Below are positions 33,478 through 44,538 of a stretch of DNA of 64,000 nt, piece after piece. The stretch lies in the NCBI RefSeq assembly GCF_055900595.2, contig NZ_CM148325.1, one strand, 5' to 3'. Both the position numbers and the translations under genes were made by a program. How positions within the stretch are numbered: the stretch's first letter is position 1; each line of letters opens with the position of its first letter. The notes beneath the pieces are model-generated. The model was not told the DNA's origin, searched no databases, and worked only from the letters and a program-made list of their open reading frames with translations.

Positions 33478-34827
33478 TTACCAGCTTACTTTCGCCTCAA
33501 ATCCACCTTGTTCCGCATTCCCAAACTCAACATTCATGCCATGCAGCTTGGCGATTCGCTGGACAATTGAAAGCCCAAGTCCACTGCCGGTAGCGGTTTG
33601 TCCGGGTGGGCGATAGAAGCGTTCGCCAATTCTCGCCAGTGCCTCTGGTGTCACACCGGGGCCGTTATCCCTCACGATGAAATTATCGGCATTCAGCGTG
33701 ACGTCCACCACGCTACCTTGTGGACTGTAGCGCACGGCGTTATCCAGCAAATTTCGCACCAACAAACTTAGCAATAGCGGTTGTCCGGTGCGTTTGATGC
33801 CGTGGGCATTGAGTGTCAGTCGCACGTCAATTTTCGCCTGCTGCGCCGTGTGGTAAATATCCATCACCGACGATTGCAGGAGATCTTCAAGCGGGATCTC
33901 CGCGACGTCCTGAAGGTTATCCAGTGAGTCCAGCCGCGATAGCGTGAGCAGTTGATCAACCAGACGAGTAGCACGATCGATTCCGGAATGTAATTGAAGC
34001 AGCGCTTTTTTCCGCGCCTGCGGATCATCGTCAGAGAGCTGCGCAACTTCGGTTTGCACTTTCAGCGCCGTTAACGGGCTACGAAGTTCGTGAGCTGCGT
34101 CGGAGGTAAAGCGTCGTTCACGAACCATCATCGCATGTGTGCGGGCGAACAGTTGATTCAACGACTCAACCAGTGGACGCACTTCGCTGGGTACGCCCGT
34201 CGCGTTTAGTGGTTTTTCCGAGTCAGGGTCACGCATACGTAGTGCCAGCGCCAGTTTGTTCAGCGGCGCGAGTTCACGACCCAGTAGTACCATCATGATG
34301 ATTAACATAATCGGCAGTGCGACAAGCCACGGGATCAATTGCCCGGCAACAATTGCCAGCGCCATGTCTTCGCGGTATTCCCATTCCTGACCAACAACGA
34401 TGCGATATTTGCCATCAGGTGAGGTCATCCAGACAAAACGCCAGGGATCGTCTTCACCGACCAGTTGCCCGTCAGCAAAACCTTCCCGTTGATAGCTATA
34501 GGGAATATCTTCTCCGTTATCGCCATCGTTAAGGACCATTCTGCCGTCGTGGGTAAAGATGGCAAAGGTCAGCGCATCGTCATCAACATGACCGTGTTTT
34601 AATTTATTTGGCGTCTGTGCCATGCGATCCGCCGCGTTGATTTCGTTGAGATCGAGCGTACTTAACCGTTTGGCAAACAGCATCAGTTGGGTGTCGAACA
34701 ACTCATCGACGTTATCCGTTGTTTGTTTCCAGGCGACAAAGCTGGAAAGCAGCCAGGTCACCGAGGCCAGAATTAAAAAGATTAGCGTCAGCCTGACTCG
34801 CAGACTAAGACGTTGGGTAAATTTCAT
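33478..34827 (-). CDS. qseC: two-component sensor histidine kinase QseC
   Basis: 449-aa ORF with two TM segments, HAMP and H-box (AAHELRSPL) and HATPase domain; 4-bp overlap with qseB. Confidence 0.9.
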   Translation of the reverse strand: MKFTQRLSLRVRLTLIFLILASVTWLLSSFVAWKQTTDNVDELFDTQLMLFAKRLSTLDLNEINAADRMAQTPNKLKHGHVDDDALTFAIFTHDGRMVLNDGDNGEDIPYSYQREGFADGQLVGEDDPWRFVWMTSPDGKYRIVVGQEWEYREDMALAIVAGQLIPWLVALPIMLIIMMVLLGRELAPLNKLALALRMRDPDSEKPLNATGVPSEVRPLVESLNQLFARTHAMMVRERRFTSDAAHELRSPLTALKVQTEVAQLSDDDPQARKKALLQLHSGIDRATRLVDQLLTLSRLDSLDNLQDVAEIPLEDLLQSSVMDIYHTAQQAKIDVRLTLNAHGIKRTGQPLLLSLLVRNLLDNAVRYSPQGSVVDVTLNADNFIVRDNGPGVTPEALARIGERFYRPPGQTATGSGLGLSIVQRIAKLHGMNVEFGNAEQGGFEAKVSW

Positions 34828-35483
34828 TTCTCACCTAATGTGTAGCCAATACCATGCACGGTACGAATAAAATCACTACCGAGTTTGCGTCGCAGATGAT
34901 GCACATGCACTTCAACGGCATTACTGGTGACCTCTTCGTCCCAGGTATACAGTTTCTCTTCAATCAGTTTGCGCGGCAGTACTCGACCAGCGTTACGCAT
35001 CAGTAATTCCAGCAGGGCAAATTCTTTTGGTTTCAGCGTTAAGGGTTCGCCAGCCAGCGTGGCGATACGTTTGCCGGGGTCGAGCATGACGTTGCCGTGG
35101 CGCAGCTCGTTGCTGGCCTGGCCGTTGGTTCGGCGCATCAGAGCTTCCAGCCTGGCGGCGACTTCTATCAACGCAAAAGGTTTACACAGATAATCGTCAG
35201 CTCCCAGACGCAGCCCTTCTACACGTTCCGCCAGCGCATCGCGCGCAGTCAGGATTAATACCGGCTCACGCTGACCTTTTTCTCGCCATTCGCGCAAAAT
35301 ATCGCGACCATCCATGCCCGGTAAGGTTAAATCCAGGATCACCGCATCATAAGGTGCGCTATATAGCGCCTCTTTTCCCTGACGACCTTGTGTAAACCAG
35401 TCGACGCTAAAACCCATTTTACTAAGGCCCGTTTTGATGCCGTCGCCAATCAGCATGTCATCTTCTATCAGTAAAATTCGCAT
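34824..35483 (-). CDS. qseB: OmpR-family response regulator QseB
   Basis: 219-aa [18 protein letters not shown]...; receiver + winged helix. Confidence 0.9.
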   Translation of the reverse strand: MRILLIEDDMLIGDGIKTGLSKMGFSVDWFTQGRQGKEALYSAPYDAVILDLTLPGMDGRDILREWREKGQREPVLILTARDALAERVEGLRLGADDYLCKPFALIEVAARLEALMRRTNGQASNELRHGNVMLDPGKRIATLAGEPLTLKPKEFALLELLMRNAGRVLPRKLIEEKLYTWDEEVTSNAVEVHVHHLRRKLGSDFIRTVHGIGYTLGEK

Positions 35484-35634
35484 TTTTTCATCCCTGCGAT
35501 AACCATATTTGCTGCCAGTAAACCGTGTTGTAACGCGCTCTGTACAGCACTAAATTTTATTTTTTTCCCTTAAGAAGTTGTTAAGGACTATCTTGTTAAA
35601 TGCTCGAAAACAGACATTAAAGGGAGTAATAAAC

Positions 35635-36027
35635 ATGAAAAAATTCGCAGCAGTAATCGCAGTAATGGCCCTGTGCAGTGCACCGGTGATGGCAGCAGAG
35701 CAGGGCGGTTTTTCTGGTCCATCGGCAACACAAAGTCAGGCCGGAGGATTCCAGGGGCCGAATGGCAGCGTAACGACCGTAGAAAGCGCAAAATCCCTGC
35801 GTGATGACACTTGGGTCACCCTGCGCGGCAATATCGTTGAACGTATCTCTGACGATCTCTACGTGTTCAAAGATGCCAGCGGTACTATCAATGTTGATAT
35901 CGACCACAAACGCTGGAACGGCGTGACGGTGACCCCGAAAGATACCGTTGAGATTCAGGGTGAAGTCGATAAAGACTGGAACTCTGTTGAAATTGACGTC
36001 AAACAGATCCGCAAAGTAAATCCGTAA
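35635..36027 (+). CDS. ygiW: BOF/YgiW-family periplasmic OB-fold stress protein
   Basis: 130-aa product from MKKFAAVIAVMALCSAPVMAAEQGGF...; signal peptide. Confidence 0.85.
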   Translation: MKKFAAVIAVMALCSAPVMAAEQGGFSGPSATQSQAGGFQGPNGSVTTVESAKSLRDDTWVTLRGNIVERISDDLYVFKDASGTINVDIDHKRWNGVTVTPKDTVEIQGEVDKDWNSVEIDVKQIRKVNP

Positions 36028-36079
36028 TTGTTAGCGCTCCCGGGACACGTTCCCGGGAATAATTTCGCAGGGAGGCAAA

Positions 36080-36562
36080 ATGAAAAACCTGACACTGGAT
36101 GTAAATATTATCGATTTCCCATCAATCCCTGTGGCGATGTTGCCACATCGCTGTAGCCCTGAATTGCTCAACTACAGCGTGGCGAAATTTATCATGTGGC
36201 GTAAAGAAACGGGGCTTTCTCCTGTTAACCAAAGCCAGACTTTTGGTGTCGCCTGGGATGACCCTGCCACCACCGTACCGGAAGCGTTTCGCTTTGATAT
36301 CTGCGGCAGCGTTAACGAACCGATTCCCGATAATCGTTATGGCGTGAGTAATGGTGAACTTACCGGTGGACGTTATGCCGTGGCCCGCCACGTTGGCGAG
36401 CTGGACGATATTTCACATACGGTATGGGGCATCATTCGCCACTGGCTGCCTGCAAGCGGCGAGAAAATGCGTAAAGCACCGATTCTGTTTCACTACACCA
36501 ATCTTGCCGAAGGGGTAACAGAGCAGCGACTGGAAACGGATGTTTATGTGCCGTTGGCGTGA
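36080..36562 (+). CDS. ygiV: GyrI-like small-molecule-binding domain protein YgiV
   Basis: 160-aa ORF MKNLTLDVNIIDFPSIPVAMLPHR... Confidence 0.78.
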   Translation: MKNLTLDVNIIDFPSIPVAMLPHRCSPELLNYSVAKFIMWRKETGLSPVNQSQTFGVAWDDPATTVPEAFRFDICGSVNEPIPDNRYGVSNGELTGGRYAVARHVGELDDISHTVWGIIRHWLPASGEKMRKAPILFHYTNLAEGVTEQRLETDVYVPLA

Positions 36563-36899
36563 TGAAGAATCTTTACCGGAGTGTGAGTCAAATCACTCGC
36601 TATCAGTTTAAGTTAACGATGCCACAGGCGTAATGTTGTCCGCTCAGACTCTGACGGCACAGGATTTTGTCCTTCCACACAGAAACCGCCATTGGCGGTT
36701 TTCCGCTGCATAATCCTCAGGATTATGTCTATAGCAAAGAGTTGTATATAAAGGCACATTGGTGCCTTTATCGCCGTCGGAGCACGTCCGGCGGCGCTAT
36801 TCACGCTGATCTCCTGTGACTCGACGCGGCAGATAATGTAGTATCTCCGGCAATATTGCCCCTTTGAAGGCTGGCGAATAAGTTGAGGAATCAGAATTA

Positions 36900-39158
36900 A
36901 TGAGCGATATGGCAGAGCGCCTTGCGCTACATGAATTTACGGAAAACGCCTACTTAAATTACTCCATGTACGTAATCATGGACCGTGCGTTGCCGTTTAT
37001 TGGTGATGGTCTGAAACCTGTTCAGCGCCGCATTGTGTATGCGATGTCTGAACTGGGACTAAATGCCAGCGCCAAATTTAAAAAATCGGCCCGTACCGTC
37101 GGTGACGTACTGGGTAAATACCATCCGCACGGTGATAGCGCCTGTTATGAAGCGATGGTCCTGATGGCACAGCCGTTCTCTTACCGTTATCCGCTGGTTG
37201 ATGGTCAGGGGAACTGGGGCGCGCCGGACGATCCGAAATCGTTCGCAGCAATGCGTTACACCGAATCCCGGTTGTCGAAATATTCCGAGCTGCTATTGAG
37301 CGAGCTGGGGCAGGGGACGGCTGACTGGGTGCCAAACTTCGACGGCACTTTGCAGGAGCCGAAAATGCTGCCTGCCCGTCTGCCAAACATTTTGCTTAAC
37401 GGCACCACCGGTATTGCCGTCGGTATGGCGACCGATATTCCACCGCATAACCTGCGTGAAGTGGCTCAGGCAGCAATCGCATTAATCGACCAGCCGAAAA
37501 CCACGCTCGACCAGCTGCTGGATATCGTGCAGGGGCCGGATTATCCGACTGAAGCGGAAATCATCACTTCGCGCGCCGAGATCCGTAAAATTTACGAGAA
37601 CGGACGTGGTTCAGTGCGTATGCGCGCGGTGTGGAAGAAAGAAGATGGCGCGGTGGTTATCAGCGCATTGCCGCATCAGGTTTCAGGTGCGCGTGTACTG
37701 GAGCAAATTGCTGCGCAAATGCGCAACAAAAAGCTGCCGATGGTTGACGATCTGCGCGATGAATCTGACCACGAGAATCCGACCCGTCTGGTGATTGTGC
37801 CGCGTTCCAACCGTGTGGATATGGATCAGGTGATGAACCACCTCTTCGCAACCACCGATCTGGAAAAGAGCTATCGTATTAACCTCAATATGATCGGTCT
37901 GGATGGGCGTCCGGCGGTGAAAAACCTGCTGGAAATCCTTTCCGAATGGCTGGTGTTCCGCCGTGATACCGTGCGCCGCCGTCTGAACTATCGTCTGGAG
38001 AAAGTCCTCAAGCGCCTGCATATTCTGGAAGGTTTGCTGGTGGCGTTTCTCAATATCGACGAAGTGATTGAGATCATTCGCAATGAAGATGAACCGAAAC
38101 CGGCGCTGATGTCGCGCTTTGGCCTCACGGAAACTCAGGCGGAAGCGATCCTCGAACTGAAACTGCGTCATCTCGCCAAACTGGAAGAGATGAAGATTCG
38201 CGGTGAGCAGAGTGAGCTGGAAAAAGAGCGCGACCAGTTGCAAGGCATTCTGGCGTCCGAGCGTAAAATGAATAACCTGCTGAAGAAAGAACTGCAGGCA
38301 GACGCGCAAGCCTATGGTGACGATCGTCGTTCGCCGTTGCAGGAACGCGAAGAAGCGAAAGCGATGAGCGAGCACGACATGTTGCCGTCTGAACCTGTCA
38401 CCATTGTGCTGTCGCAGATGGGCTGGGTACGCAGCGCTAAAGGCCATGACATCGACGCGCCGGGCCTGAATTATAAAGCGGGTGATAGTTTCAAAGCAGC
38501 GGTGAAAGGTAAGAGCAACCAACCGGTAGTGTTTGTTGACTCCACCGGTCGTAGCTATGCTATCGACCCGATTACGCTGCCGTCGGCACGTGGTCAGGGC
38601 GAGCCGCTCACCGGCAAATTGACGTTGCCGCCTGGGGCGACCGTTGACCATATGCTGATGGAAAGCGACGATCAGAAACTGTTGATGGCTTCCGATGCGG
38701 GTTACGGTTTCGTCTGCACCTTTAACGATCTGGTGGCGCGTAACCGTGCAGGTAAGGCCTTAATCACTTTACCGGAAAATGCCCATGTTATGCCGCCTGT
38801 GGTGATTGAGGACGCTTCTGATATGCTGCTGGCAATCACTCAGGCAGGCCGTATGTTGATGTTCCCGGTAAGCGATCTGCCGCAGCTGTCGAAGGGCAAA
38901 GGCAACAAGATTATCAACATTCCATCGGCAGAAGCCGCGCGTGGAGAAGATGGTCTGGCGCAACTGTACGTTCTGCCGCCGCAAAGCACGCTGACCATTC
39001 ATGTTGGGAAACGCAAAATTAAACTGCGTCCGGAAGAGCTACAGAAAGTCACTGGCGAACGTGGACGCCGCGGTACGTTGATGCGCGGTTTGCAGCGTAT
39101 CGATCGTGTCGAGATCGACTCTCCTCGCCGCGCCAGCAGCGGCGATAGCGAAGAGTAG
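36900..39158 (+). CDS. parC: DNA topoisomerase IV subunit A
   Basis: 752-aa ORF; active-site AAMRYTE motif. Confidence 0.95.
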
Positions 39159-39199
39159 TATGCCGGGGAGGGTATTGCTTCCTCCCGCTTGCAAGGAAC

Positions 39200-39229
39200 G
39201 CCGGATGAAACGTTAAGTCGTCATCCGGC
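39200..39229. repeat. REP-like palindrome/terminator downstream of parC
   Basis: gccggatga-aacgttaagtcg-tcatccggc 9-bp stem; preceded by a second hairpin at ~39165-39190. Confidence 0.4.
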
Positions 39230-39391
39230 AGCATATTCAACCCCCGGAAACGATAAAAATTCCCTTGAAACCGTTGTTTATTCATGCGTTGCGATTAACA
39301 ATACGCTTTTCCAGAGAGCGGCTTTTAACAATGCCCTAACCTGATTTCAGGTGACGTACAATGCCAGTCTCTCAGACCTTCAGAGGGTGTT

Positions 39392-40129
39392 ATGCTATAT
39401 ATCTTTCGTCTTATTATTACCGTGATTTACAGCATCTTAGTCTGTGTATTCGGCTCCATTTACTGCCTTTTCAGCCCGCGTAACCCGAAACATGTAGCCA
39501 CCTTTGGGCATATGTTTGGTCGTCTTGCGCCGCTGTTCGGCCTGAAAGTTGAGTGTCGCAAACCTGCAGATGCTGAAAGCTACGGCAATGCTATTTATAT
39601 TGCTAACCACCAGAACAACTATGACATGGTGACAGCATCGAACATTGTGCAACCGCCGACGGTGACGGTAGGTAAAAAGAGTTTGCTGTGGATCCCCTTC
39701 TTTGGTCAGTTGTACTGGCTAACCGGCAACTTATTGATCGACAGAAATAACCGCACTAAAGCTCACGGCACCATTGCAGAAGTAGTGAATCACTTCAAAA
39801 AACGCCGTATTTCCATCTGGATGTTCCCGGAAGGTACCCGCAGCCGTGGTCGCGGCCTGCTGCCGTTCAAGACCGGAGCATTTCACGCGGCAATTGCGGC
39901 GGGCGTCCCGATTATTCCCGTGTGCGTCTCTACAACTTCGAATAAGATTAATCTTAATCGGCTACACAACGGTCTGGTGATTGTCGAAATGCTGCCGCCA
40001 ATTGACGTCAGTCAGTATGGCAAAGATCAGGTTCGCGAGTTGGCTGCCCATTGTCGTTCGATAATGGAACAAAAAATCGCTGAGCTCGATAAAGAAGTCG
40101 CAGAACGCGAAGCCGCCGGAAGAGTTTAA
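39392..40129 (+). CDS. plsC: 1-acyl-sn-glycerol-3-phosphate acyltransferase
   Basis: 245-aa ORF with HQNNYD (HX4D) and FPEGTR motifs. Confidence 0.9.
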   Translation: MLYIFRLIITVIYSILVCVFGSIYCLFSPRNPKHVATFGHMFGRLAPLFGLKVECRKPADAESYGNAIYIANHQNNYDMVTASNIVQPPTVTVGKKSLLWIPFFGQLYWLTGNLLIDRNNRTKAHGTIAEVVNHFKKRRISIWMFPEGTRSRGRGLLPFKTGAFHAAIAAGVPIIPVCVSTTSNKINLNRLHNGLVIVEMLPPIDVSQYGKDQVRELAAHCRSIMEQKIAELDKEVAEREAAGRV

Positions 40130-40202
40130 GTCGGCAATCTGTATTTTTGCGGGAACACTTTCCTGCACGGTATTACTTTAGCCAGTTTTACATGGAGCAA
40201 AT

Positions 40203-41615
40203 ATGTCACTCAGTCGGCGTCAGTTCATTCAGGCATCGGGGATTGCACTTTGTGCAGGCGCTGTTCCCCTGAAGGCCAGCGCAGCCGGGCAACAGCAACC
40301 GCTACCCGTTCCGCCGCTGCTTGAATCTCGCCGTGGGCAACCGCTGTTTATGACTGTACAACGTGCGCACTGGTCATTTACGCCAGGAACGCGCGCATCG
40401 GTCTGGGGAATCAATGGTCGTTACCTGGGGCCGACTATCCGCGTCTGGAAGGGCGATGATGTTAAGCTGATCTACAGTAACCGCCTGACAGAAAATGTCT
40501 CAATGACGGTGTCTGGTTTACAGGTGCCTGGCCCGCTGATGGGCGGTCCGGCACGGATGATGTCGCCAAACGCTGACTGGGCACCCGTATTACCCATTCG
40601 CCAGAACGCAGCGACATTGTGGTATCACGCTAATACCCCCAATCGCACGGCTCAGCAGGTCTATAATGGCCTTGCCGGAATGTGGCTGGTGGAAGATGAA
40701 GTCAGCAAGTCGCTGCCTATCCCCAACCATTATGGTGTGGATGATTTTCCGGTCATTATCCAGGATAAACGGCTGGATAATTTTGGTACGCCAGAATACA
40801 ACGAACCGGGAAGCGGCGGCTTTGTTGGAGATACGCTGCTGGTCAACGGTGTACAAAGCCCGTACGTTGAAGTCTCGCGTGGCTGGGTGCGCTTGCGTCT
40901 GTTGAACGCGTCGAACTCTCGTCGCTATCAACTACAGATGAGCGATGGTCGCCCGTTACATGTGATTTCTGGCGATCAGGGATTCTTGCCTGCTCCTGTA
41001 TCGGTGAAGCAACTTTCGCTGGCACCGGGCGAGCGCCGCGAGATTCTGGTGGATATGAGCAACGGTGATGAAGTGTCGATCACCTGTGGCGAAGCGGCGA
41101 GCATTGTTGATCGTATTCGTGGCTTCTTTGAGCCATCCAGCATTCTGGTTTCTACGCTGGTGCTCACGTTGCGCCCGACCGGGCTACTGCCGCTGGTTAC
41201 TGACAGCCTGCCGATGCGCCTGCTGCCAACTGAAATTATGGCCGGTTCGCCGATTCGCAGTCGCGATATCAGTCTGGGTGATGACCCGGGTATCAATGGG
41301 CAGCTGTGGGACGTCAACCGTATTGATGTCACCGCGCAGCAAGGAACGTGGGAACGCTGGACGGTACGCGCGGACGAGCCGCAAGCGTTCCATATTGAAG
41401 GCGTGATGTTCCAGATCCGTAACGTGAATGGCGCGATGCCGTTCCCGGAAGACAGAGGCTGGAAAGATACCGTTTGGGTTGACGGACAAGTGGAGCTGCT
41501 TGTTTATTTCGGTCAGCCTTCCTGGGCGCACTTCCCGTTCTACTTCAACAGTCAGACGCTGGAAATGGCGGACCGTGGCTCGATTGGGCAATTGTTGGTC
41601 AATCCGGTACCGTAA
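40203..41615 (+). CDS. ftsP: cell division protein FtsP (SufI), multicopper-oxidase fold, Tat substrate
   Basis: 470-aa ORF with twin-arginine signal (SRRQFIQASG). Confidence 0.9.
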   Translation: MSLSRRQFIQASGIALCAGAVPLKASAAGQQQPLPVPPLLESRRGQPLFMTVQRAHWSFTPGTRASVWGINGRYLGPTIRVWKGDDVKLIYSNRLTENVSMTVSGLQVPGPLMGGPARMMSPNADWAPVLPIRQNAATLWYHANTPNRTAQQVYNGLAGMWLVEDEVSKSLPIPNHYGVDDFPVIIQDKRLDNFGTPEYNEPGSGGFVGDTLLVNGVQSPYVEVSRGWVRLRLLNASNSRRYQLQMSDGRPLHVISGDQGFLPAPVSVKQLSLAPGERREILVDMSNGDEVSITCGEAASIVDRIRGFFEPSSILVSTLVLTLRPTGLLPLVTDSLPMRLLPTEIMAGSPIRSRDISLGDDPGINGQLWDVNRIDVTAQQGTWERWTVRADEPQAFHIEGVMFQIRNVNGAMPFPEDRGWKDTVWVDGQVELLVYFGQPSWAHFPFYFNSQTLEMADRGSIGQLLVNPVP

Positions 41616-41724
41616 TCGCCATACTCGCCCGAGAGGGCGAGTATGGAATACTTTTCGATTTCTCTTTCGTTCCGGCTTATAATCCCCGGCCTTTGATTAT
41701 TTTTTTATCATTTCTGGAAGCAAA

Positions 41725-43944
41725 ATGAGCTCTATCTCCCTGATCCAACCGGATCGCGACCTGTTCTCCTGGCCGCAGTACTGGGCCGCCTGTTTTGGAC
41801 CGGCACCGTTTTTGCCGATGTCTCGTGAAGAGATGGATCAACTTGGCTGGGATAGCTGCGACATCATTTTGGTTACTGGCGACGCGTATGTCGATCACCC
41901 CAGCTTTGGGATGGCGATTTGCGGTCGTATGCTTGAAGCGCAGGGCTTTCGTGTCGGGATCATCGCCCAGCCAGACTGGAGCAGCAAAGACGACTTTATG
42001 CGTCTGGGCAAACCGAATCTGTTTTTCGGCGTTACCGCAGGCAACATGGACTCGATGATCAACCGTTACACTGCCGATCGCCGTTTGCGTCATGACGATG
42101 CCTACACGCCAGATAACGTCGCGGGTAAGCGCCCGGATCGCGCCACCCTGGTTTATACCCAACGCTGTAAAGAGGCGTGGAAAGATGTGCCGGTGATCCT
42201 CGGCGGTATTGAGGCTAGTTTGCGTCGTACCGCGCATTATGATTACTGGTCTGATACCGTGCGCCGTTCCGTGCTGGTGGATTCCAAAGCCGACATGCTG
42301 ATGTTCGGTAACGGTGAGCGTCCGCTGGTGGAAGTGGCGCATCGTCTGGCGATGGGTGAGCCGATTAGTGAAATCCGCGATGTGCGTAATACCGCGATTA
42401 TCGTAAAAGAGGCGTTGCCAGGCTGGAGCGGTGTGGATTCCACCCGTCTTGATACTCCTGGGAAAATCGACCCGATCCCGCATCCGTATGGTGAAGATTT
42501 GCCGTGCGCGGATAACAAACCGGTGGCCCCGAAAAAGCAGGAAGCGAAAGCCGTAACCGTGCAGCCACCGCGCCCGAAACCGTGGGAAAAAACTTACGTA
42601 TTGCTGCCTTCTTTCGAGAAAGTGAAGGGCGATAAAGTGCTGTACGCTCATGCTTCGCGTATTCTGCACCATGAAACCAACCCAGGCTGCGCGCGTGCGC
42701 TGATGCAAAAACATGGCGACCGCTATGTATGGATCAACCCGCCTGCCATCCCGCTTTCTACCGAAGAGATGGACAGCGTCTTTGCGCTGCCGTACAAGCG
42801 CGTGCCGCATCCGGCTTACGGTAATGCCCGAATTCCGGCTTACGAAATGATCCGTTTCTCTGTCAACATTATGCGCGGCTGCTTTGGCGGCTGCTCTTTC
42901 TGCTCTATTACCGAGCATGAAGGTCGCATTATTCAGAGCCGTTCGGAAGATTCGATCATCAACGAGATTGAAGCGATCCGCGACACCGTGCCAGGCTTTA
43001 CGGGCGTGATTTCCGATCTCGGTGGGCCAACTGCCAACATGTATATGTTGCGCTGCAAATCGCCGCGCGCCGAGCAGACTTGCCGCCGTTTATCGTGCGT
43101 TTACCCGGATATTTGTCCTCATATGGACACTAACCACGAACCGACGATCAACCTCTATCGCCGCGCGCGTGATCTGAAAGGCATTAAAAAGATCCTCATC
43201 GCTTCCGGCGTGCGTTATGACATCGCCGTGGAAGATCCGCGCTATATCAAAGAGCTGGCGACCCATCACGTTGGCGGTTATCTGAAGATTGCCCCGGAAC
43301 ATACCGAAGAAGGGCCGTTGTCGAAGATGATGAAGCCGGGCATGGGCAGCTATGACCGCTTTAAAGAGCTGTTCGATACCTACTCGAAACAGGCAGGTAA
43401 AGAGCAATATCTGATCCCGTATTTCATCTCGGCACACCCCGGTACGCGTGATGAAGATATGGTGAATCTGGCGCTGTGGCTGAAAAAGCATCGCTTCCGT
43501 CTCGACCAGGTACAGAACTTCTACCCGTCGCCGTTGGCTAACTCCACCACCATGTATTACACCGGGAAAAACCCGCTGGCGAAGATCGGTTACAAGAGTG
43601 AAGACGTCTTCGTACCGAAGGGCGACAAACAGCGTCGTTTGCATAAAGCGTTGTTGCGTTACCACGATCCGGCAAACTGGCCGTTAATCCGTCAGGCGCT
43701 GGAAGCGATGGGTAAAAAGCATCTGATTGGCAGCCGTCGTGATTGCTTAGTGCCTGCGCCAACCATTGAAGAGATGCGCGAAGCCCGCCGTCAGAACCGC
43801 AATACCCGTCCGGCGTTGACTAAACATACGCCGATGGCGACCCAGCGTCAGACGCCTGCTACGGCAAAAAAAGCGTCGTCTACGCCATCTCGCCCGGTGA
43901 ATGCTGGTGCAAAGAAACGGCCTAAAGCGGCGGTTGGTCGTTAA
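41725..43944 (+). CDS. ygiQ: radical SAM protein YgiQ (UPF0313)
   Basis: 739-aa ORF with CxxxCxxC-like radical SAM cluster (CFGGCSFCS) and basic C-terminal tail. Confidence 0.88.
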   Translation: MSSISLIQPDRDLFSWPQYWAACFGPAPFLPMSREEMDQLGWDSCDIILVTGDAYVDHPSFGMAICGRMLEAQGFRVGIIAQPDWSSKDDFMRLGKPNLFFGVTAGNMDSMINRYTADRRLRHDDAYTPDNVAGKRPDRATLVYTQRCKEAWKDVPVILGGIEASLRRTAHYDYWSDTVRRSVLVDSKADMLMFGNGERPLVEVAHRLAMGEPISEIRDVRNTAIIVKEALPGWSGVDSTRLDTPGKIDPIPHPYGEDLPCADNKPVAPKKQEAKAVTVQPPRPKPWEKTYVLLPSFEKVKGDKVLYAHASRILHHETNPGCARALMQKHGDRYVWINPPAIPLSTEEMDSVFALPYKRVPHPAYGNARIPAYEMIRFSVNIMRGCFGGCSFCSITEHEGRIIQSRSEDSIINEIEAIRDTVPGFTGVISDLGGPTANMYMLRCKSPRAEQTCRRLSCVYPDICPHMDTNHEPTINLYRRARDLKGIKKILIASGVRYDIAVEDPRYIKELATHHVGGYLKIAPEHTEEGPLSKMMKPGMGSYDRFKELFDTYSKQAGKEQYLIPYFISAHPGTRDEDMVNLALWLKKHRFRLDQVQNFYPSPLANSTTMYYTGKNPLAKIGYKSEDVFVPKGDKQRRLHKALLRYHDPANWPLIRQALEAMGKKHLIGSRRDCLVPAPTIEEMREARRQNRNTRPALTKHTPMATQRQTPATAKKASSTPSRPVNAGAKKRPKAAVGR

Positions 43945-43982
43945 GTGAAATGTGCCCGGCAGCAATGATACTGCCGGGAAAT

Positions 43983-44213
43983 TTATAACCTTGGTTTATA
44001 AGGACTGTTACGAACGTCTAAGCGGTAATGCGCTCTTGCTGTTTCGTCTTTAACTTGCTGAATTTCCGGACGCAGGGCGTCAATATCCTGTTGCAGTTGA
44101 TTAATTTTGTTATTCAATGCCTGAATATCATGTTCCAGGTGTTCAATTTTGGCATTGCTGGTACAGCCAACAAGATACAGCGCCAGCGGAATGGATAAGA
44201 TAAGTTTGTTCAT
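43983..44213 (-). CDS. Lpp-like coiled-coil lipoprotein (paralog of the adjacent gene)
   Basis: MNKLILSIPLALYLVGC lipobox then heptad-repeat segment (IEHLEHDIQALNNKINQLQQDIDALRPEIQQ); start chosen internal to the track ORF. Confidence 0.6.
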   Translation of the reverse strand: MNKLILSIPLALYLVGCTSNAKIEHLEHDIQALNNKINQLQQDIDALRPEIQQVKDETARAHYRLDVRNSPYKPRL

Positions 44214-44230
44214 TATGAATTCCAGAACCG

Positions 44231-44488
44231 TCATTCCGCATACATACGCAAGCAGCGCAGGCAATCAAAATAGTCCTGAGCATCAAGACGCGTATTGGCT
44301 CTGTTAGCTTCGGATTTTGCCGCATAGATTTGCGGGCGTAATGCTTTCATATCCTGCTCAAGCCGGGCGATTTTGGCATTTAATGTTTGCACATTGCTCG
44401 CCAGCTGATTGACCTTTTGCTCATTGACGCAGCCGCTGAGCAAGCAGGTTGCCAGAACAACAGCCCCCACGGTGAAAATCGTTTTCAT
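44231..44488 (-). CDS. yqhH: Lpp-like coiled-coil lipoprotein YqhH
   Basis: 85-aa [23 protein letters not shown]... lipobox plus heptad repeats ([29 protein letters not shown]). Confidence 0.72.
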
Positions 44489-44538
44489 ATAGTATTCCCT
44501 TTTATTTATTGTTCCGGCTAATTGTTATTTAATTCAGC

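Noticed and set aside
36613-36804. 63-aa minus-strand ORF in the ygiV-parC intergenic region
   Set aside because: No RBS and no recognisable fold; the region is dominated by palindromic hairpins, so it is more likely regulatory or terminator sequence.
37683-38651. 322-aa minus-strand ORF inside parC
   Set aside because: Fully antisense to a highly conserved essential gene; Arg/His/Gln-rich composition typical of an antisense artefact in GC-rich coding sequence.
41677-42918. 413-aa minus-strand ORF antisense to ygiQ
   Set aside because: Antisense to a conserved radical-SAM gene; no RBS and biased composition.
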